Source: Thermodesulfobacteriota bacterium
GTDB taxonomy: Bacteria > Desulfobacterota_D > UBA1144 > Nemesobacterales > Nemesobacteraceae
Direction: 5' to 3'
Assembly: GCA_965116075.1 (NCBI GenBank)
Contig: OZ220467.1
Coordinates: forward strand, 684,580 to 748,579
DNA: 64,000 bases
A program made the translations under genes and the position numbers. The notes under the pieces are model-generated. The model was not told the DNA's origin. It searched no databases and saw only the letters and a program-made list of their open reading frames with translations. Positions 9,745 to 20,517 of this stretch are shown here, piece after piece. Positions within the stretch are counted from its first letter, which is position 1. Every line of letters starts with the position of its first letter.

Positions 9745-9860
9745 GGCGCCCATTAAATTGTGAAGCGCAACGAAACAATTATAACGAAGAGGGTTCTTAA
9801 AGGCGAGTAGTTGAAGGGACCAAGAGATGGTGATACGCTCCGAGACTGTACTAAAGGAGG
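9745..9860 (+). mobile_element. IS30 end fragment (~115 bp: terminal repeat plus first codons of the transposase), inverted relative to the IS30 at 3293-4472
   Basis: 9745-9860 is the reverse complement of 4360-4475 (ccattaaattgtgaagcgcaac...atggtgatacgctccgagactgtactaaaggagg), then diverges. Confidence 0.6.
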
Positions 9861-10142
9861 TTCGCCATTTCTAGAGCTTCAACCAAAAATGGATCAGGAT
9901 AATTCACAGACATACCATGAAACTGAACTAAGTACCTGTCTGATTCCGTTTTCTTTGGAACCCTGTTGTAAACGTAATCACCGAGGGGGGCGAGTTCTTA
10001 TACAAATGACCTTTGATCTGGAACCTTAAAAGAACTTGTTACGGCGGCGTTAAGCGTTTTCTCGCTAGGAGAATGCGGGGGTCATCGGGCAATTCGTCTA
10101 GTTTCTCCTACTCGCTTTGATAAAGTATATTATCCGATCAAT

Positions 10143-11243
10143 ATGGAACTCGGATATTTCTCAATACCTCTTCATCCTGCCGGTTCTCCGCTTTTTCTGA
10201 CGCTTGACCAAGACCTAGAGCAGATGGTCTTTCTTGACCAGGTTGGTTTTTCAGAAGTGTGGATAGGGGAGCATTTCACCGCAGGTTGGGAGAATATCGC
10301 GGCCCCCGATCTGTTCATAGCGAAAGCTTCTACTCTTACGGAAAAAATAATATTTGGTACAGGTGTTTCCTGTTTACCTGAGCATGACCCTTTTATGCTT
10401 GCGCATAGAATCGCGGTTCTAGACAATCTGCTCAAGGGAAGGTTCTACTGGGGTGTGGGAGCGGGAAGTTTTATAGGGGATTTTGAGGCATTTGGCATAA
10501 ATCCAAAAACAGGAGAGCAGAGACAACTGATGAATGAAGCGCTTGAGGCGATACTGGACCTCTGGGATAACCCTACTCCGGGTACGTATAGTGGCTCAAA
10601 GTGGAGGTACACGGTTCCTAATCCTGTGGAAGAAGTTGGTCTCGGAGTGCACACAAAACCTTTCCAAAAGCCTCATCCTCCCATAGCTGTCGCGGGGATT
10701 TCTGAAGGTTCTTTGAGTCTGAAAACAGCGGGGGAGCACGGCTGGATGCCGATGAGCATAAATTTTGTGATTCCAGATGTCCTTAAATCTCACTGGGAGA
10801 TGTACGAGCAGGGAGCTTTTGCTGTGGGAAATAGTAATCCTGACAGGAAAAAATGGAGAATCTCAAGGGATATTTACGTGGCGGATACAACAGAGCAAGC
10901 TAGAAGGGATGTTAAGGGAAGCACTTTAGCAAGAGATTTCCGTGATTATTTTTTCAAGATAGTTCCAATGATAAGAAAAAACCTAGACTTGTTCAAAATT
11001 GATAAGTCAATGCCTGATAGTGAAGTTACGATTGACTATATGATTGACAACATGTGGCTTGTCGGAAGTCCAGAAGATGTAGCCGCAAAGATAGTACGGC
11101 TTTACGAATTTGTTGGAGGATTCGGAGTGCTTTTGGTAATGGGACACGAATGGAATCCAAAAGAGAAATGGGAGAAGTCTCTGACTCTTCTTAGAGAACA
11201 AGTCATTCCCATGGTGAAAAAGAATCTACGGGTAAAGGACTAA
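10143..11243 (+). CDS. LLM-class (luciferase-like) flavin-dependent oxidoreductase
   Basis: 366 aa containing GEHFTAGWENIAAPDLFIAKASTLTEKIIFGTGVSCLPEHDPFMLAHRIAVLDNL, typical of bacterial luciferase-like monooxygenases. Confidence 0.85.
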   Translation: MELGYFSIPLHPAGSPLFLTLDQDLEQMVFLDQVGFSEVWIGEHFTAGWENIAAPDLFIAKASTLTEKIIFGTGVSCLPEHDPFMLAHRIAVLDNLLKGRFYWGVGAGSFIGDFEAFGINPKTGEQRQLMNEALEAILDLWDNPTPGTYSGSKWRYTVPNPVEEVGLGVHTKPFQKPHPPIAVAGISEGSLSLKTAGEHGWMPMSINFVIPDVLKSHWEMYEQGAFAVGNSNPDRKKWRISRDIYVADTTEQARRDVKGSTLARDFRDYFFKIVPMIRKNLDLFKIDKSMPDSEVTIDYMIDNMWLVGSPEDVAAKIVRLYEFVGGFGVLLVMGHEWNPKEKWEKSLTLLREQVIPMVKKNLRVKD

Positions 11244-11265
11244 AACTGGCAAAAAACCGGCAATC

Positions 11266-11997
11266 TCATTTAGAATCCACAGTTGGGTCGAAATGAAGCC
11301 CACACTCCTTATCCGTTCCTTGTTCCCACCACCACCTGCCCGCTCTTGGATCTTCACCTTCTTTAATGGCTCTTGTACATGGAGCGCATCCGATGCTCGG
11401 ATAGCCCTTGTCGTGTAGTTCATTGTATGGGACTTTGTTTTCCATTATATAATCCCAGACTTGGTCTACGCTCCAATCAAGAAGTGGATTTACCTTAAGT
11501 ATCTTTCCGTGAAGGTAGTCAAGTTCAAATTTCTTAGCTACCGCCCGCTGTTCGGTCTGATCTTTTCTTATAGAAGTGATCCAGCAGTCAAGAGTCTTGA
11601 GATACGCGGTAAGAGGATTGGTCTTTCGTATCATACAACAACGTCTTCTATTTTCCTTGCTTTTATAGAAAAGATTCACTCCATAACGAGCCACCATCTC
11701 CTCCACTTCCACTTTTTTAGGGAAAATCACGTCAATGACGATTCCGTATTGGTTCCTTGCCTTGTCCATAATCTTGTATGTTTCTGATGGAAGTCTTCCA
11801 GTGTCTAAAGCGAAGACCCTAGCGTCAGAGTCAATCTTTACAAACATATCAAGAAGCACCATTCCTTGAATCTGGAAACTTGTTGAAAGAGCGGCTGAAG
11901 AACCAAGATTTCTAGACACCCAAGCAAGTATCTCTTGAGGGGAACTCGCCTCAAACTCTGAGTTGAGTTTTTCCACTTCTTTTTCAGAAAAATTCAT
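11266..11997 (-). CDS. cysH: Adenylyl-sulfate / phosphoadenylyl-sulfate reductase (CysH family; Cys-rich Fe-S type)
   Basis: 243 aa; the PAPS_reduct fold is visible. RRRCCMIRK plus ECGLHF give the CC...CxxC cluster cysteines typical of APS reductases. Confidence 0.85.
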   Translation of the reverse strand: MNFSEKEVEKLNSEFEASSPQEILAWVSRNLGSSAALSTSFQIQGMVLLDMFVKIDSDARVFALDTGRLPSETYKIMDKARNQYGIVIDVIFPKKVEVEEMVARYGVNLFYKSKENRRRCCMIRKTNPLTAYLKTLDCWITSIRKDQTEQRAVAKKFELDYLHGKILKVNPLLDWSVDQVWDYIMENKVPYNELHDKGYPSIGCAPCTRAIKEGEDPRAGRWWWEQGTDKECGLHFDPTVDSK

Positions 11998-12001
11998 AAT
12001 A

Positions 12002-13009
12002 TCAGAAAAGAGAACTTAAATGCGAAGCCAAGTTGTACTTGATGTAGATCATGCATATATAATAACTCACTCCGACAGTTATTAATGGGACAACAAACCA
12101 GAAAAATCCAATCCTAACGACATGTCTATTTTTCGAAGTCTGCGCAAATCCATGTTGAGCGCATGAAAAACCCACTACGCCTGCTGTGACTATTTCGGCG
12201 ATTGAAACTGGAATTCCATAGATTGACGCAAGTAATATTATCGTTGCGGCGGTGAATTCAACCGAGATGGCCCTTATTATGCATATCTCTGTGATCTTTT
12301 TTCCAACCGTATCAAGAACTCTGCCTCCTAGTAGAATAGCTCCCACTCCCATCGCCACGCCGGCAAGAATCGCCCCAGGAAAGGAATCTATCAGACCAAG
12401 ACTTACTATAGGGGCTATCGCGTTTGCTGAATTGTTGGCGCCTCCTGAAAACGCGATAAAAGTTCCTGATATGGTGACCAGCACGGTCAGTATTCCATTC
12501 ACTCTTTTTTCTGAGAAGTTACTCGCCAGATAATGCACTATTTTGAAATAAAAGAACTTGGCTACAGCGAAGTTTATTAACCAAGCCACTATTGGCGCGA
12601 CTATCCACCATTTGAGTACGCGGAAAAAACTGTCATGAGCAAGAGTGTTGGTATAAAGTCCAATACCAACTATTGCGCACACTATCGCGTGGGTCGTGGC
12701 TATTGGCGTGCGTTCAATGTTCGCCCAAGAGATAAATACTATTCCTACGAGCAAAATTATGAATATGAAACCTATTTCAGAGGAAAGAGTTTCAGATGGC
12801 ACTATACCCTTACCGACAGTTTCCACCACTGGAGCCCCGGCGGTAATAGCTCCCAAAAGAGCAAAAACAGCTATAAGCCACACAGCCTGTCTTTTGGATC
12901 TTACCCCGGCGCCATATGAGGTTGCCATGGATGCCGCGGAATTGTTAGCTCCTATGTTAAGGGCTAGAAAACCCGAAAGCAACAATATTACAATCAGTAA
13001 AGCGCTCAA
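12002..13009 (-). CDS. cysP: PiT-family inorganic anion (sulfate/phosphate) permease; by context CysP-like sulfate permease
   Basis: 335-aa polytopic protein with duplicated GANNSA(A/N)A signatures (PHO4/PiT). It ends 4 nt upstream of cysH, as in the Bacillus cysH-cysP arrangement. Confidence 0.75.
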   Translation of the reverse strand: MSALLIVILLLSGFLALNIGANNSAASMATSYGAGVRSKRQAVWLIAVFALLGAITAGAPVVETVGKGIVPSETLSSEIGFIFIILLVGIVFISWANIERTPIATTHAIVCAIVGIGLYTNTLAHDSFFRVLKWWIVAPIVAWLINFAVAKFFYFKIVHYLASNFSEKRVNGILTVLVTISGTFIAFSGGANNSANAIAPIVSLGLIDSFPGAILAGVAMGVGAILLGGRVLDTVGKKITEICIIRAISVEFTAATIILLASIYGIPVSIAEIVTAGVVGFSCAQHGFAQTSKNRHVVRIGFFWFVVPLITVGVSYYICMIYIKYNLASHLSSLF

Positions 13010-13111
13010 TAAATTTCTCCTAATCTACATTACTGGCAAAAACGGTTGAATAAAAATTAGTTGGTATCCTGATTTTCATGAAAGAATTAACGGATTTCAG
13101 AAGGAACTTTT

Positions 13112-13303
13112 TCAGAGAAGTTCCGAAATCCTGAATATGGAAAAGACGCTACACTCTATGTCCGAAAAATCCTTCTCGGTTCCCCTTTTGTGGTCAACTA
13201 GGCAGAATGCCCACTTGATCGAGGGTTCCGCGGACTCAACAAGATCAATCGTCTTTACCATGGAACCACACCCAGTTGTTCTTAAATCTTCTACAACCAC
13301 CAC
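13112..13303 (-). pseudogene. orotate phosphoribosyltransferase-like C-terminal fragment (remnant paralogue of pyrE)
   Basis: VVVVEDLRTTGCGSMVKTIDLVESAEP...SVFSIFRISELL parallels the C-terminus of the intact pyrE at 27103 (VVMVEDVINTGGSVLTAIEQAEAEG...KFFSIFKLSELL). An in-frame stop lies immediately upstream of the fragment. Confidence 0.4.
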
Positions 13304-13456
13304 ACTCCTGTCTCCTTTCCCAAACTCGCCTTACGTTAGCGTAAATGCCCCAAGCGGGATTGATTTGCTATTGGGAATTAGTTTTAATCCTTCTTTGCTT
13401 GTTCCCATATTGAGGGATTTCGAACTGAATGAAATTTAATCCCGGTATTTTACCCG

Positions 13457-14878
13457 TTGAAAAGAAAAATCAACAAAACCAATTTCCTTCTTCTATTGTG
13501 TGGAACCGCTATATTCGTTGTTCTATCTATTATCGCTAGGATTTCCATACGACTTCCTTCAGACGAATTCGAAAAAGACGTCATACCGTTTTTTGTAGCC
13601 CTTTTAGTCATGGCGGGAGTTTTTTATCTCGTAGCGGTGAAATTTTCTTGGAAAAACCGCAGTTGTTCCATTTTTTTAATACTGCTTTTCGGACTGGCCT
13701 TCCGAGTTACGTTTGTAAATTCAACTCCAATTCTTGAAAACGATTTTTACCGTTATCTGTGGGATGGAGCGGTTGTGGCGAGCGGAGTCAATCCGTATGA
13801 GCATTCGCCTCACAGTGTAAGCGAAGAGTTTCTGGGTGAGAAGCTTGAGAATCTGAAACAGCGATACGGCGCGACGCTTGAAAAAATAAATCATCCACAT
13901 ATAAAGACGATCTATCCGCCAGTCGCGCAATTCTTTTTCACCTTGTCCTATTGGATATCTCCCATGAATCTTGAGGCGTGGAGGATTTTGTTGCTTCTGT
14001 TTGATCTTACGACCTTCGCCCTTGTTCTACTGAGTTTGAAGAAATTGGGACTGCCTTTGCAGAACTCTTTGATCTACTGGTGGAATCCACTTTTGGTAAA
14101 AGAAATATTTAACTCTGTTCACATGGATGTTCTCGTTTTGCCGTTCGCGCTTGGCGCAATGCTTCTTTTTCTCTACGGAAGGAAAAAACTCTGGGCGCCG
14201 GCGCTTTCTATTGCTGCAGGAATTAAGTTGTGGCCCGCGCTTCTCTTTGGAGTGTTTATAAAAACATTGACAGGAAAACGGGAAAGGGTTGTGGCGGTAG
14301 CGCTTTTTATTTTTACTCTCGCGATTGTATTTTCCCCTATGATGGTGGCGCAAATCGATTCTTCTTCAGGCATTGTGGCGTATGGAAAAAGTTGGCAGAA
14401 CAATAGCCCGTTTTTTAGTCTGGTTGTCGGGGGGTCCAGATCTGTTTTACAAACGCTTGATATACACCCGGGGCATGCGCATTGGTATTCCAGAGTCGTC
14501 ATTTTGCTTATTATGCTTTTTTGGAAATTCTACGTAGTGTTTATGTGTAGGGACTTAGATATTTATAGAAAAACCCTTCTTATAGCAGGGGGGTTGTTTC
14601 TTTTGAGTCCGACGCAGTTTCCATGGTATTACACGTGGGTTGTTCCGTTTCTCTGCGTGGCTCGGAGTCCGGGTTTTTTACTACTTACCGCGCTACTTCC
14701 GCTTTACTACCTTCAGTACTGGCTTATTGATGGCAAGCATGGCGCGTTCACGAATATGGTAGTGTGGATAGAGTTTGCGCCCGTATGGATATTACTTGTT
14801 TGGGAATGGTTAAGATTCCGGCCGCAACGCAAAGAGTTGCTGACAGATCGCGATAAATCGCGTTTAGCGAATATGTAA
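13457..14878 (+). CDS. polytopic membrane protein, GT-C-like glycosyltransferase (DUF2029/GT87-like)
   Basis: 473 aa with at least 10 predicted TM helices, conserved acidic loops (ENDFYRYLWDG) and aromatic-rich periplasmic loops typical of lipid-linked sugar transferases. Confidence 0.45.
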   Translation: MKRKINKTNFLLLLCGTAIFVVLSIIARISIRLPSDEFEKDVIPFFVALLVMAGVFYLVAVKFSWKNRSCSIFLILLFGLAFRVTFVNSTPILENDFYRYLWDGAVVASGVNPYEHSPHSVSEEFLGEKLENLKQRYGATLEKINHPHIKTIYPPVAQFFFTLSYWISPMNLEAWRILLLLFDLTTFALVLLSLKKLGLPLQNSLIYWWNPLLVKEIFNSVHMDVLVLPFALGAMLLFLYGRKKLWAPALSIAAGIKLWPALLFGVFIKTLTGKRERVVAVALFIFTLAIVFSPMMVAQIDSSSGIVAYGKSWQNNSPFFSLVVGGSRSVLQTLDIHPGHAHWYSRVVILLIMLFWKFYVVFMCRDLDIYRKTLLIAGGLFLLSPTQFPWYYTWVVPFLCVARSPGFLLLTALLPLYYLQYWLIDGKHGAFTNMVVWIEFAPVWILLVWEWLRFRPQRKELLTDRDKSRLANM

Positions 14879-14893
14879 GGGTTTTTATTCCTG

Positions 14894-16246
<1,353 letters not shown>

Positions 16247-16393
16247 CTAAAAAATACATTTTGCCATTTTTACTGTCAACGAACAAAAAAATCTCCAAGT
16301 TATAGAGTCTTTTAAGTCTAGGCTTTTGCCGTAGTCAAATAATCCTTGCGATTGACACTTACGCGCCCTTTCGGTAATCTGGGAAAAGTGAAT

Positions 16394-16672
16394 ATGGAAC
16401 AGCGGGCGGTTATTCTCGTAAAGGGTAGGGTGCAGGGAGTATGCTTTAGGGCATTGACTGCGCGTGTCGCTAAAAAACTCTATCTCAAAGGGCGTGTGGA
16501 AAATCTTAGGAATGGGGATGTGAGAATAGAGGCGGAAGGAGAGACGGAGAATTTAAGAGAACTTGCCAAATGGTGCCGCAAAGGTCCTCCTTTGGCAAAA
16601 GTGGACTCGGTCGAATTCAGTTTATTGCCTCCTAGCGGATCATATTCGGATTTCCAGATAAAAAGATCATAG
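16394..16672 (+). CDS. acyP: Acylphosphatase (start moved to ATG 16394)
   Basis: ILVKGRVQGVCFRALTARVAKKLYLKGRVENLRNGDVRIEAEGE...WCRKGPPLAKV matches the VQGVGFR...G.V.N..DGSV acylphosphatase signatures. Confidence 0.85.
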   Translation: MEQRAVILVKGRVQGVCFRALTARVAKKLYLKGRVENLRNGDVRIEAEGETENLRELAKWCRKGPPLAKVDSVEFSLLPPSGSYSDFQIKRS

Positions 16673-16684
16673 AGGAGTTCAAAA

Positions 16685-17323
16685 TTGATACTTAAATGCA
16701 TTCCTGGCGGAATATTTGCTGAGAACTGCTACATCATAGGGGATGAGCGAACAGGGGAAGCGATGCTTGTTGACCCTGGAGAACAGATAAGAGAAATAGA
16801 GCAGGAAATTGAAAGATCTGGGGTTAAAGTAAAAAAGATAGTTAACACCCATGCGCATCTTGACCATGTGGCTGGCGTTGAGTTTTTCAAAAAGCGTTTC
16901 GGCATCCCTTTTTACATACACCGTGAGGAGCAGCGCGTGCTTGATGCGCTCCCTGAGGCTAAGCAGCGGTTCCCTGGATTTGATTTCGTTGAAGTTCCCC
17001 AAGTGGATGGCTACGTTCAGGAAGGGGACTTTGTTTCAGTTGGAAATCTCAGGGGTGAGATACTGCTTGTTCCGGGGCACACTTGGGGACATATATGCTT
17101 TGTTTTTGGGGAAACGATATTAGCGGGAGATACTGTTTTCGCCGGAAGCGTTGGAAGAGTGGACCTCACTGGTGGGACCAACATGGAAGAACTTGTTGGA
17201 GCGATTCGCTCCCAGATACTCAGGTATCCAGAACACTACCAAATTCATCCTGGTCACGGCCCCAGCACCACAGTGGGGATTGAGAAAAAATCTAATCCTT
17301 TTATTCTCGAAATGGGCGTATAA
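16685..17323 (+). CDS. MBL-fold metallo-hydrolase (glyoxalase II-like)
   Basis: THAHLDHVAG (HxHxDH) together with downstream H/D ligands (PGHTWGHICF, DTVFAGSVGRVD). Confidence 0.85.
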   Translation: MILKCIPGGIFAENCYIIGDERTGEAMLVDPGEQIREIEQEIERSGVKVKKIVNTHAHLDHVAGVEFFKKRFGIPFYIHREEQRVLDALPEAKQRFPGFDFVEVPQVDGYVQEGDFVSVGNLRGEILLVPGHTWGHICFVFGETILAGDTVFAGSVGRVDLTGGTNMEELVGAIRSQILRYPEHYQIHPGHGPSTTVGIEKKSNPFILEMGV

Positions 17324-17329
17324 AAAGGA

Positions 17330-17606
17330 GATGGAGCTGCAGAGATTTGTCAAAATTGCGGCGTTAGCGGTAGTTGTTCTCGTTGTGGGCGCTTTATTTT
17401 TTCGCGAGATATCTGAGCTCTTTATGCTGAAGAATGAAAACAAAAAAATAGAAAAAAACATAGAGGAACTCAGAAAGCAGAACGAAGAGTACAGACGGGA
17501 GATAGAAGCTGTAAAAAATGACAAGAAATACCTTGAGAAAATACTTAGAGAAGATCTCGGAATGATAAAAGAACGGGAAAAAATATTCAGGTTCAATGAA
17601 GAATAA
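17330..17606 (+). CDS. ftsB: FtsB/DivIC-like septum formation initiator (short TM plus coiled coil)
   Basis: MELQRFVKIAALAVVVLVVGALFF has one TM helix and is followed by a heptad-rich NENKKIEKNIEELRKQNEEYRREIEAVKNDKKYLEKILREDLGMIKEREKIFRF. The tracked ORF 17151-17606 overlaps the MBL gene, so ATG 17330 is preferred. Confidence 0.6.
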
Positions 17607-18850
17607 CGCATTGGATCTGACTAACTCTGTATCTCTCTAAATTCTGCATAATCTCTTAGCAGAGCCGAGATGTAAAAACTTCTGTAAAACCGCAATTTAA
17701 GTTCACCTGTCTATTTCTTGAGGCATTTGAGTTATAGCGATTTTTGGGGAGTGGTTTTGACGTAATGAGGACATATGAACAGTATGTTCACCACTGTTTG
17801 AGTCCGTATTGATTCGTATTTGAGTAATCTGACGGGCGGATTTCTTGATTTCCCCGCAGTTTGCTGCTGATTTCCGCCCAATTATCAGCCTTTGGGCGCA
17901 ACAATCCATTCACCGTCATTGCCGCTAAATTCCTCTGGTCAAATTTCCGTATTACCCGTATTACTGAGAAAAACCTTACCAACCTGAGGATGACGCCCAG
18001 AAACAAGAGACCTCATCTTGTCAGCCTTTGAGGTTATTTGTTCTATAGAATTCCTAAGCTTGTACCCCCTCTCCCATATTACAGAACCATGCGGAGTCGG
18101 CGTAAAAATACGAGGTTTCTTCTCCAACGAGACGCGTATTGATAATCCATATTCACTGTTCTTACGACCCGTATCTTTGTGACGCTTCTTCCTGCCTATA
18201 CAATTCAGTTTATGCGCTGCCGGAGAACAACGAAACTTCAAGGTCCCTCGCTTATCTTCACGTTCCCCCCTCACCAACTTACTCTTGGTCTTGTGTTGTA
18301 GGACAGCGACACCAACCCTCGCCCTCCTCCATGTAGAATGTGTTGTTAATATCTTCTCAAAAGTCTTATGATCTTTTGCCCAGCGAAATAGTCCTAATTC
18401 TGCTTCTCCTGCCTACACATAATGATTTATATCAATAATTGGGGTCAGTTCTATATTCATTCCAAAACTTTCTCTTCAATTCTCTACTGTCAAGCCCCGG
18501 GTCCCCCGCTGAAATATTCGCATTGCTCCACCAACTCACGGTTCTGTGGAAGCAACTTGTCTATCATCCTGCCCAACTCCTTAACCTCTGACACAGAAGC
18601 ATTGGTAAGACTCATCTAGTATCTCATATTTGCTATCGCCAATTACGTGCAGTTTATAACCAAACGACTTTGATTTCTCTACGATTGAGCCAACCTAGAA
18701 CCGAACTCTATTACTCACATACAACCGAGAAAGGAAAGATAGACACACCAGTGACAACGTACTTGGCAAGACAGAAACCAAAAAATGCAGAGTCCTTCTT
18801 CAAAAGTGATTTCCTTATGCTATGTCCGAAAAAGTATGGGGTTGAAAACA

Positions 18851-19333
18851 CTATGACAACTCAAGCATCTTTTTCAGTCGAATACCACTTTGACTGAGTT
18901 GCCTGGCCTGAGGAGAGTTTTTTGGCATTTTCATGCTACCGCTGGCAATCCAGGTATATCGAATATCTTTATTGGTGCGGGCGGTCATCTTTTTGAGTTG
19001 TTCAGCATCTTTATTCAACCAGTCTTTTAGCCATTGTAATTTTTTGAGAACCGCTGAAACTTCCTTTGTCGTAGCCGGATGAACCTCTACCCAAACTGCC
19101 CATTGGCTCTTATGCTTTGGATGTTTATATCCTATACCATAGTCCCATCGGGGCGAATTAGCGTGGCGAGGCTCAAGTTTAAGAGCCAAGTCGAGATTTA
19201 TACTTCCTGTCAATCGTCGCGGGTTTGCGCATTTTATCAATTTCCCGTGCTTTTTACCTGATGCTTGCTTTTCACTTCGGTATGCGCAGTTCACCGGATG
19301 TGACGTAGACCTCACCGCATCTTTGAAATTCAT
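18851..19333 (-). CDS. 160-aa partner protein of the upstream ATPase (RloB/DUF4276-like?)
   Basis: Its start overlaps the ATPase stop by 4 nt (translational coupling). The product is basic, with no TM helix or signal peptide, and has no strong motif. Confidence 0.55.
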   Translation of the reverse strand: MNFKDAVRSTSHPVNCAYRSEKQASGKKHGKLIKCANPRRLTGSINLDLALKLEPRHANSPRWDYGIGYKHPKHKSQWAVWVEVHPATTKEVSAVLKKLQWLKDWLNKDAEQLKKMTARTNKDIRYTWIASGSMKMPKNSPQARQLSQSGIRLKKMLELS

Positions 19334-20517
19334 AATCCTTTAGATAATCCCTTCCCGGCTACTTCGGCGACAACATCTCCAACTCTTCCGGAAAACTCTG
19401 TCAGACCACCCCACCCCTCTTCGGCAACGTTCTTTGAGCCGGGATCAAGGTTTGATATATCACAAACCTTACCATCGCGTTTAAAGTAGTAAGTCTTAAA
19501 TTTGCTTTTGAGCGAACAGGTTGCGAGATCTTTTGTCTTTTGCGTACTGGGAAGATTAAGAAGTTTGACAATATCTCCAGAACTACCGCCATTTTTTTGC
19601 AAGAATTGGATTGCCCAAACGATATCAAGAACATGAGACGAATGCGTGGAGAGACAAATCCGATAACCTCGTAGTCGCAACTCCAAGATAAGGTTGATCA
19701 CAGCGCCAATACCGTTTGGATGCAAACCCATCTCAGGCTCTTCAATTACTACCCATTCAAGTTTTTCGCGCTTAGCTACCTTTGATGAGGGTAAAAGCCA
19801 GTAGATCCCAAGTAATAACGGTACGAACTCTCGCTGCCCAGCTGACCAAACCAAGTATGGTAGAGCATGTTCAGCATCTGCGCGTGCACGTAACACTAAG
19901 CGGCTTTGGTGGTATCTAGACGTTTGAGTACGAAGACGAAACCCACCGAAGATGTGCTCTTCAATCGGTCCTCGTAGAACCTTATCTAGCCGTTGGGAAC
20001 GCGGAAAAACTTTCTCATTAAAACCAATCTCATTCTGCACTATATAATGGAGTTTATCGCCAAAGTCTCGCAGAACGAATGGGTCGCCCGCTTTGAAGTC
20101 GGAAAACGGATATGGCATACCGTCTCGTAAACTCATGACTCGTTGAGCTGGAATATAAAACATTTTTTCTGAAGGTATAACTCTTGGCGTACGAGAATGA
20201 GTTAAGGTTGATATTTTGACTTCCTTTTGCGAATTGCCCAAAAACAGGCGGCTCTTTTCTTTTGACCAAATTGAGGACATCCCTTCCCCAAGGTACAGAT
20301 CAAAGAAACTATGGAAATTATCATCTTGATCTTTGATCACCAAACCAGACTTGCGCATAGTTTGGTGTATCGCCTGTTTGTCTTCAAGAAGTTTTAGAAG
20401 TTGCAAAAAGATGCTTTTTCCAGTGGCTTGTGGTCCGACAAATATAGTCAGATCACCAAACCTTACGTCCGCTTCCTTGATCGGTCCGATTTCATGCGCT
20501 CTTATCCGTTTAATCAT
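19330..20517 (-). CDS. AAA_21/AAA_15-type ABC-like ATPase (OLD/PtuA/AbiL-like family)
   Basis: Walker A FVGPQATGKS, Walker B-like VVIEEPEMGLHP and H-loop LSTHSSHVLD, 395 aa. This is the architecture of ATPases found in two-gene phage-defence systems. Confidence 0.85.
   Translation of the reverse strand: MIKRIRAHEIGPIKEADVRFGDLTIFVGPQATGKSIFLQLLKLLEDKQAIHQTMRKSGLVIKDQDDNFHSFFDLYLGEGMSSIWSKEKSRLFLGNSQKEVKISTLTHSRTPRVIPSEKMFYIPAQRVMSLRDGMPYPFSDFKAGDPFVLRDFGDKLHYIVQNEIGFNEKVFPRSQRLDKVLRGPIEEHIFGGFRLRTQTSRYHQSRLVLRARADAEHALPYLVWSAGQREFVPLLLGIYWLLPSSKVAKREKLEWVVIEEPEMGLHPNGIGAVINLILELRLRGYRICLSTHSSHVLDIVWAIQFLQKNGGSSGDIVKLLNLPSTQKTKDLATCSLKSKFKTYYFKRDGKVCDISNLDPGSKNVAEEGWGGLTEFSGRVGDVVAEVAGKGLSKGL

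Noticed and set aside
12252-13049. Plus-strand ORFs 12252-12533, 12635-12919 and 12696-13049
   Set aside because: They are antisense to the PiT permease gene; hydrophobic antisense artefacts.
13304-13456. Possible tRNA (ttcgaaatccc T-loop-like string at ~13415 on the minus strand)
   Set aside because: No acceptor stem, D-arm or anticodon stem could be folded around it.
17151-17329. Long form of ORF 17151-17606 (151 aa)
   Set aside because: Its first 60 codons overlap the MBL hydrolase gene in another frame. The FtsB-like TM plus coiled coil begins at ATG 17330.
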